The notes under the pieces: model-generated
Seen by the model: only the letters and a program-made list of their open reading frames with translations
Database searches by the model: none
What the model was told of the DNA's origin: nothing
DNA from: Nemertoderma westbladi
Lineage: Eukaryota > Animalia > Xenacoelomorpha
Reading direction: 5' to 3'
NCBI GenBank assembly: GCA_032718475.1
Contig: JAUCBJ010007749.1
Location: 1-64,000, forward strand
Length of the DNA: 64,000 nt
Program-made: the position numbers and the translations under genes
Part shown: one piece after another, positions 60,560 through 64,000 of the stretch
How the letters are laid out: each line of letters begins with the position of its first letter
Numbering within the stretch: position 1 is the stretch's first letter

Positions 60560-62067
60560 TGCCGGTGCCGGACTTGGCGAGAAATATCTCTACCCACCGG
60601 TTTTTAAGATTTTTACTGTTTACGATTTAATATTTTTACAAGCACGTTATAATTTTAGCGTACCAGGTTTTAATGTGGTACCGGTACATAACCCCAGCCG
60701 TGACAGCCTTAGGGGCGGAGTGGCTGTGCTGTGTTAATACATAATATGGAATGGCTGTAAAGTAAAATCCATAAGAACTGATGTACATGACATTTTATGG
60801 GTTAGCTTAATTGATTTCCCTAATATTGATTTTGCTTGTGTTTATATCTGTATATTGCACCATCTGATAATCGATATTACGACCCGATAATTTGGGCCGA
60901 AATACGGTCCCATATATTTGACATGAGTCATTGCAGTGAGTAGCAACCCGCTCAGTTGTACTTTTGGGGGATTTTAATGCACGGATAGGGTCGCTACTCA
61001 CGCGTACCATTTCCCAGGTATTAGTTACAGAACCCCTGACGATTTACGGTATGTATTAATGAACACGGCAGACGTTTTATTCAATTACTGGTTGATTGTA
61101 AAGTTGTAAACCTTAGTTATGGTTCATTTGGTGACGTAATATTTGGTGGTGCATTTACGTATCGGAAGAAAGGTAATTATATTTCGGAACTCGATCGTGC
61201 TGTTGTGAGCTATGATATTATCAATAGAGTAACAGAATTTGGGGTGATTGACATGTGGTTACCATCGGATCATGATGCAATTTTTATGTGTCTGAAACCC
61301 GATAACGTACCGTCCGCTGTACAACTGTTGGCTCGCTCCGAGATTTTGGGTAGTTACAATGTGAGTGAGCCAAACCAATCGCATCCGTGTAGGAAGCCAA
61401 TTAAATGCGCACAGGTTATCACAACGAATTTTCGATTGTCCCTCCGTTCTCACGACACTCTTATCGGCCGGGATCTCACCAACAACGACTACGGCGAGGC
61501 TTTTGCGAATGCAATTGACGACGCAGCGAGGTCGGCTAAGCCTGCCGGAATGTCCTTTCCCAGTGTAGTGTAGGTACAGGTACCTTCGACCCCAACCAAG
61601 TCTGGAACGAGCTGGCCGCCAGTCGTAGCGAGCGATCTATCTGGGAGAGAATCAACTGGAAGGGCGGCCTCGAACCCAGTTCATCCATGTCGGCAAGCGA
61701 CAACTCCCCATTGGAGCAGGAGTTTGCCACACATTTTGGAAAGCTGTTATGTAACGACAGCCAGACCACCGGTCCAGGAGACATATCGACTAGTGAATAT
61801 CCATTTATCCCAGTCCTAGATTCGCCAATAACCATAGAGGAAGTTACCGCAGGTATAGACTCTTAGAAACCTAATAAGGCCGCTGGTTCTGACGGTATTT
61901 CTCCCGGCCTCTTAAAATTTCTCCCGCAAAACTGGAAATTATTTATTGTAACATTATTTAACTCCGTTTTCTTTGGTCCCTCATTCCCGGCTTCCTGGTG
62001 CCAATCTCGGCTCGTGACGGTGTTTAAACGCGGATCGAGGTTAATCTGTTCTAACTATCGTGGCATT
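60560..62067 (+). mobile_element. Decayed CR1/L2-group LINE ORF2 (endonuclease and start of RT)
   Basis: RGGVAVL, LLGDFNARIG, PSDHDAI, and PITIEEV..*KPNKAAGSDGISP..FPASWCQSRLVTVFKRG..SNYRGI, with stops and frameshifts. Confidence 0.8.
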
Positions 62068-62192
62068 TTGTTGCGATATTTATGCGACTGAACGCAAGTA
62101 GTTGCGATATTTATGCGACTGAACGCAAGTTGTTGCGATATTTATGTGACTAAACGCAAGTTGTTGCGATATTTATGCGACATAACTCAAGT
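62068..62192. repeat. 31-bp tandem repeat (~4 copies) at the LINE truncation point
   Basis: TTGTTGCGATATTTATGCGACTGAACGCAAG repeats begin immediately after the NYRGI codons. Confidence 0.9.
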
Positions 62193-63029
62193 AGGTCGTC
62201 GCTTGCGAAAAAGGGTTGGACATGACGCTTGGGAATCACATGTTGTAGCATCACCTGGTTGTAGTCCTAAATATTGACGATTTGTACGTGTTCGAAAATT
62301 TGAATGAGCAAGATGACGCGATGTTTTCGGGCTACAGCCTCAGAAATCTTAGGATATCTATTTGAAAGCGTGGGCAGCATTAAAAGAGTAATATCGTCGT
62401 AAACAATGATAACGCTGGTGATATTTTTTTCAAATAAAACAATATATTCGATATAAAAACATAACGGAAACACTATTTTTCACTCATTTTCTTTAGCGAA
62501 ATTCAGATCATATTCTGCCCGCGTTTATTGAGTTTACCACATGTTGGCATTTTAACACTCGCTTCGCTCGTGCTAAAAACCTGCCAACTCTTGCAAAACT
62601 CAACCACTCGGACAGAACAGTTGAATTTCTCTAAATTGAAAATAAGTGAAAAAAGCGGTGTTTTCCTTCCGCTTACTTTCTTTTTATCGAATATAGCTTC
62701 TCGAAGGCCACGCGTAAATTCTGCTTTCGTTAAAAATGTAAATTCAAATTTCTGTACTTTTGACAGACTATTTGTGCACCAAGATTTGTTAAATTTCAGT
62801 GACTGTATAAGGATTGATTGAGTTATTAACGTACAAATATCAGAATATTGGACAGAAAAATCATTCACCCTCACTCACGTCTCACCCTGTCTACCTGCCA
62901 CCGCGAATCACGCTATCAGCTGTTGTTACATTGTTAGGTCTATCAGGTCAGTTTTCTGCAGTATATAGCTTTCAGTACAACTTTATACTGTTTTATTTAT
63001 ATGAACAGTTAAACCTTTAAACATATAAT

Positions 63030-63647
63030 ATGTCTATAAGTGAATACAATGGATCCGCGATTGTCGCAATGGCTGGTAAGGATTGCGTAGCCTTGGCAAC
63101 AGACACCCGATTCGGGATTAGCTTCAAAACGGTGTCTACAGACTTTGACCGTGTTTACAAGATGGGGCCGCGCATATACATGGGGATGGCGGGACTGGTT
63201 ACCGATATGTACACCGTGTCTGCTCGTCTCCGATTCCGGTTGAATCTCTACGAACTGCGGGAGAACCGACCGGTTGCTCCCCGCGTCTTCTTCTCTATGA
63301 TCACTAACCTCTTGTACGAACGTCGCTTCGGTTCATACTTCTCCGCTCCGGTTGTCGCCGCTTTGGATCCCGTTAACGGTAAACCACTTATCGCCGCCTA
63401 CGATTGCATTGGCGACTTAGAAGTTGTTAACGATTTTTTTGCCGATGGCACGTCTACGGAACAACTCTTGGGTATATGTGAAACATTGTGGAAACCTAAC
63501 ATGGATAGCGAGGAATTGTACGAGGTGATAAGTCAATGTTTGCTAAATGCTCAGGACAGTGATGCTTTGGCCGGTTGGGGCGCTCAGGTTTATATCATTG
63601 AGAAAGATAAAGTGACCAAGAAAACATTGAAAGCGAGGCTAGACTAG
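63030..63647 (+). CDS. PSMB3: Proteasome subunit beta type-3, intronless and divergent
   Basis: 205 aa: MSISEYNG..MAGKDCVA..RFG..RLRFRLNLYELRE..NLLYERRFG..CETLWKPNM..IIEKDKVTKKTLKARLD. AATAAA lies downstream at ~63683 and ~63784. Confidence 0.93.
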   Translation: MSISEYNGSAIVAMAGKDCVALATDTRFGISFKTVSTDFDRVYKMGPRIYMGMAGLVTDMYTVSARLRFRLNLYELRENRPVAPRVFFSMITNLLYERRFGSYFSAPVVAALDPVNGKPLIAAYDCIGDLEVVNDFFADGTSTEQLLGICETLWKPNMDSEELYEVISQCLLNAQDSDALAGWGAQVYIIEKDKVTKKTLKARLD

Positions 63648-63965
63648 ATGATTTGTGAACATCATAAATTCTACTTTTGTGTAATAAATAATTCTGTTAT
63701 GTTATTTTATACATAGCATAAGAACGCTAGTCCATAACACCCATATTTTGGTTTAACACCATCTTTAGATTGAAATTCGTATTAATAAAATATTTAAAGT
63801 TATTCAATTTACAGTTAGAACTGCAAAACAAAGAACATCTTTCTGATTTAATCATGGTGGGGATGTACCCCCTCATTGGGGTATGACCTGGAGACTAACG
63901 AACAACGAATTTATGGCACATGAACGAATTTCTGGCTACTATAAAGGCAGCTGAAGGCTACTGAA

Positions 63966-64000
63966 AGCGGGGTAGCTCAGTTTGTTGAGCGCCGGGTCTA
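63966..64000 (+). ncRNA. 5' part of a tRNA or tRNA-derived SINE head, cut by the window edge
   Basis: GCGGGGTAGCTCAGTTTGTTGAGCGC resembles an A-box/D-arm (TAGCTCAG...GAGC). Confidence 0.45.

Overview
AT-rich, repeat-dense animal (invertebrate-like) nuclear DNA, not prokaryotic. Host genes: (1) a two-exon AKAP17A (minus strand, ~6.9-kb intron filled with transposons); (2) an intronless 18.3-kb ORF encoding a SepSecS-fold head that has lost the PLP-binding lysine and other active-site residues, fused to ~5,500 aa of acidic ESPDIETD repeats and a short unique tail with a LIR-like motif; (3) a two-exon gene for a ~152-aa Lys/Arg-rich protein, missed by the ORF track, with each exon end amplified into a minisatellite; (4) a divergent intronless proteasome beta-3 (PSMB3). 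Between them are RTE, CR1/L2-like and CRE-like retrotransposon relics, a P-element transposase relic, MITE/foldback elements, six non-coding minisatellites, a (CATA)n run and a degenerate tRNA-Ser. The most novel signals are the giant SepSecS pseudoenzyme-polyanion fusion and recurrent TA->TAGGCCTA micro-insertions, seen directly by comparing duplicated sequences. All identifications come from recalled motifs; no searches were run.
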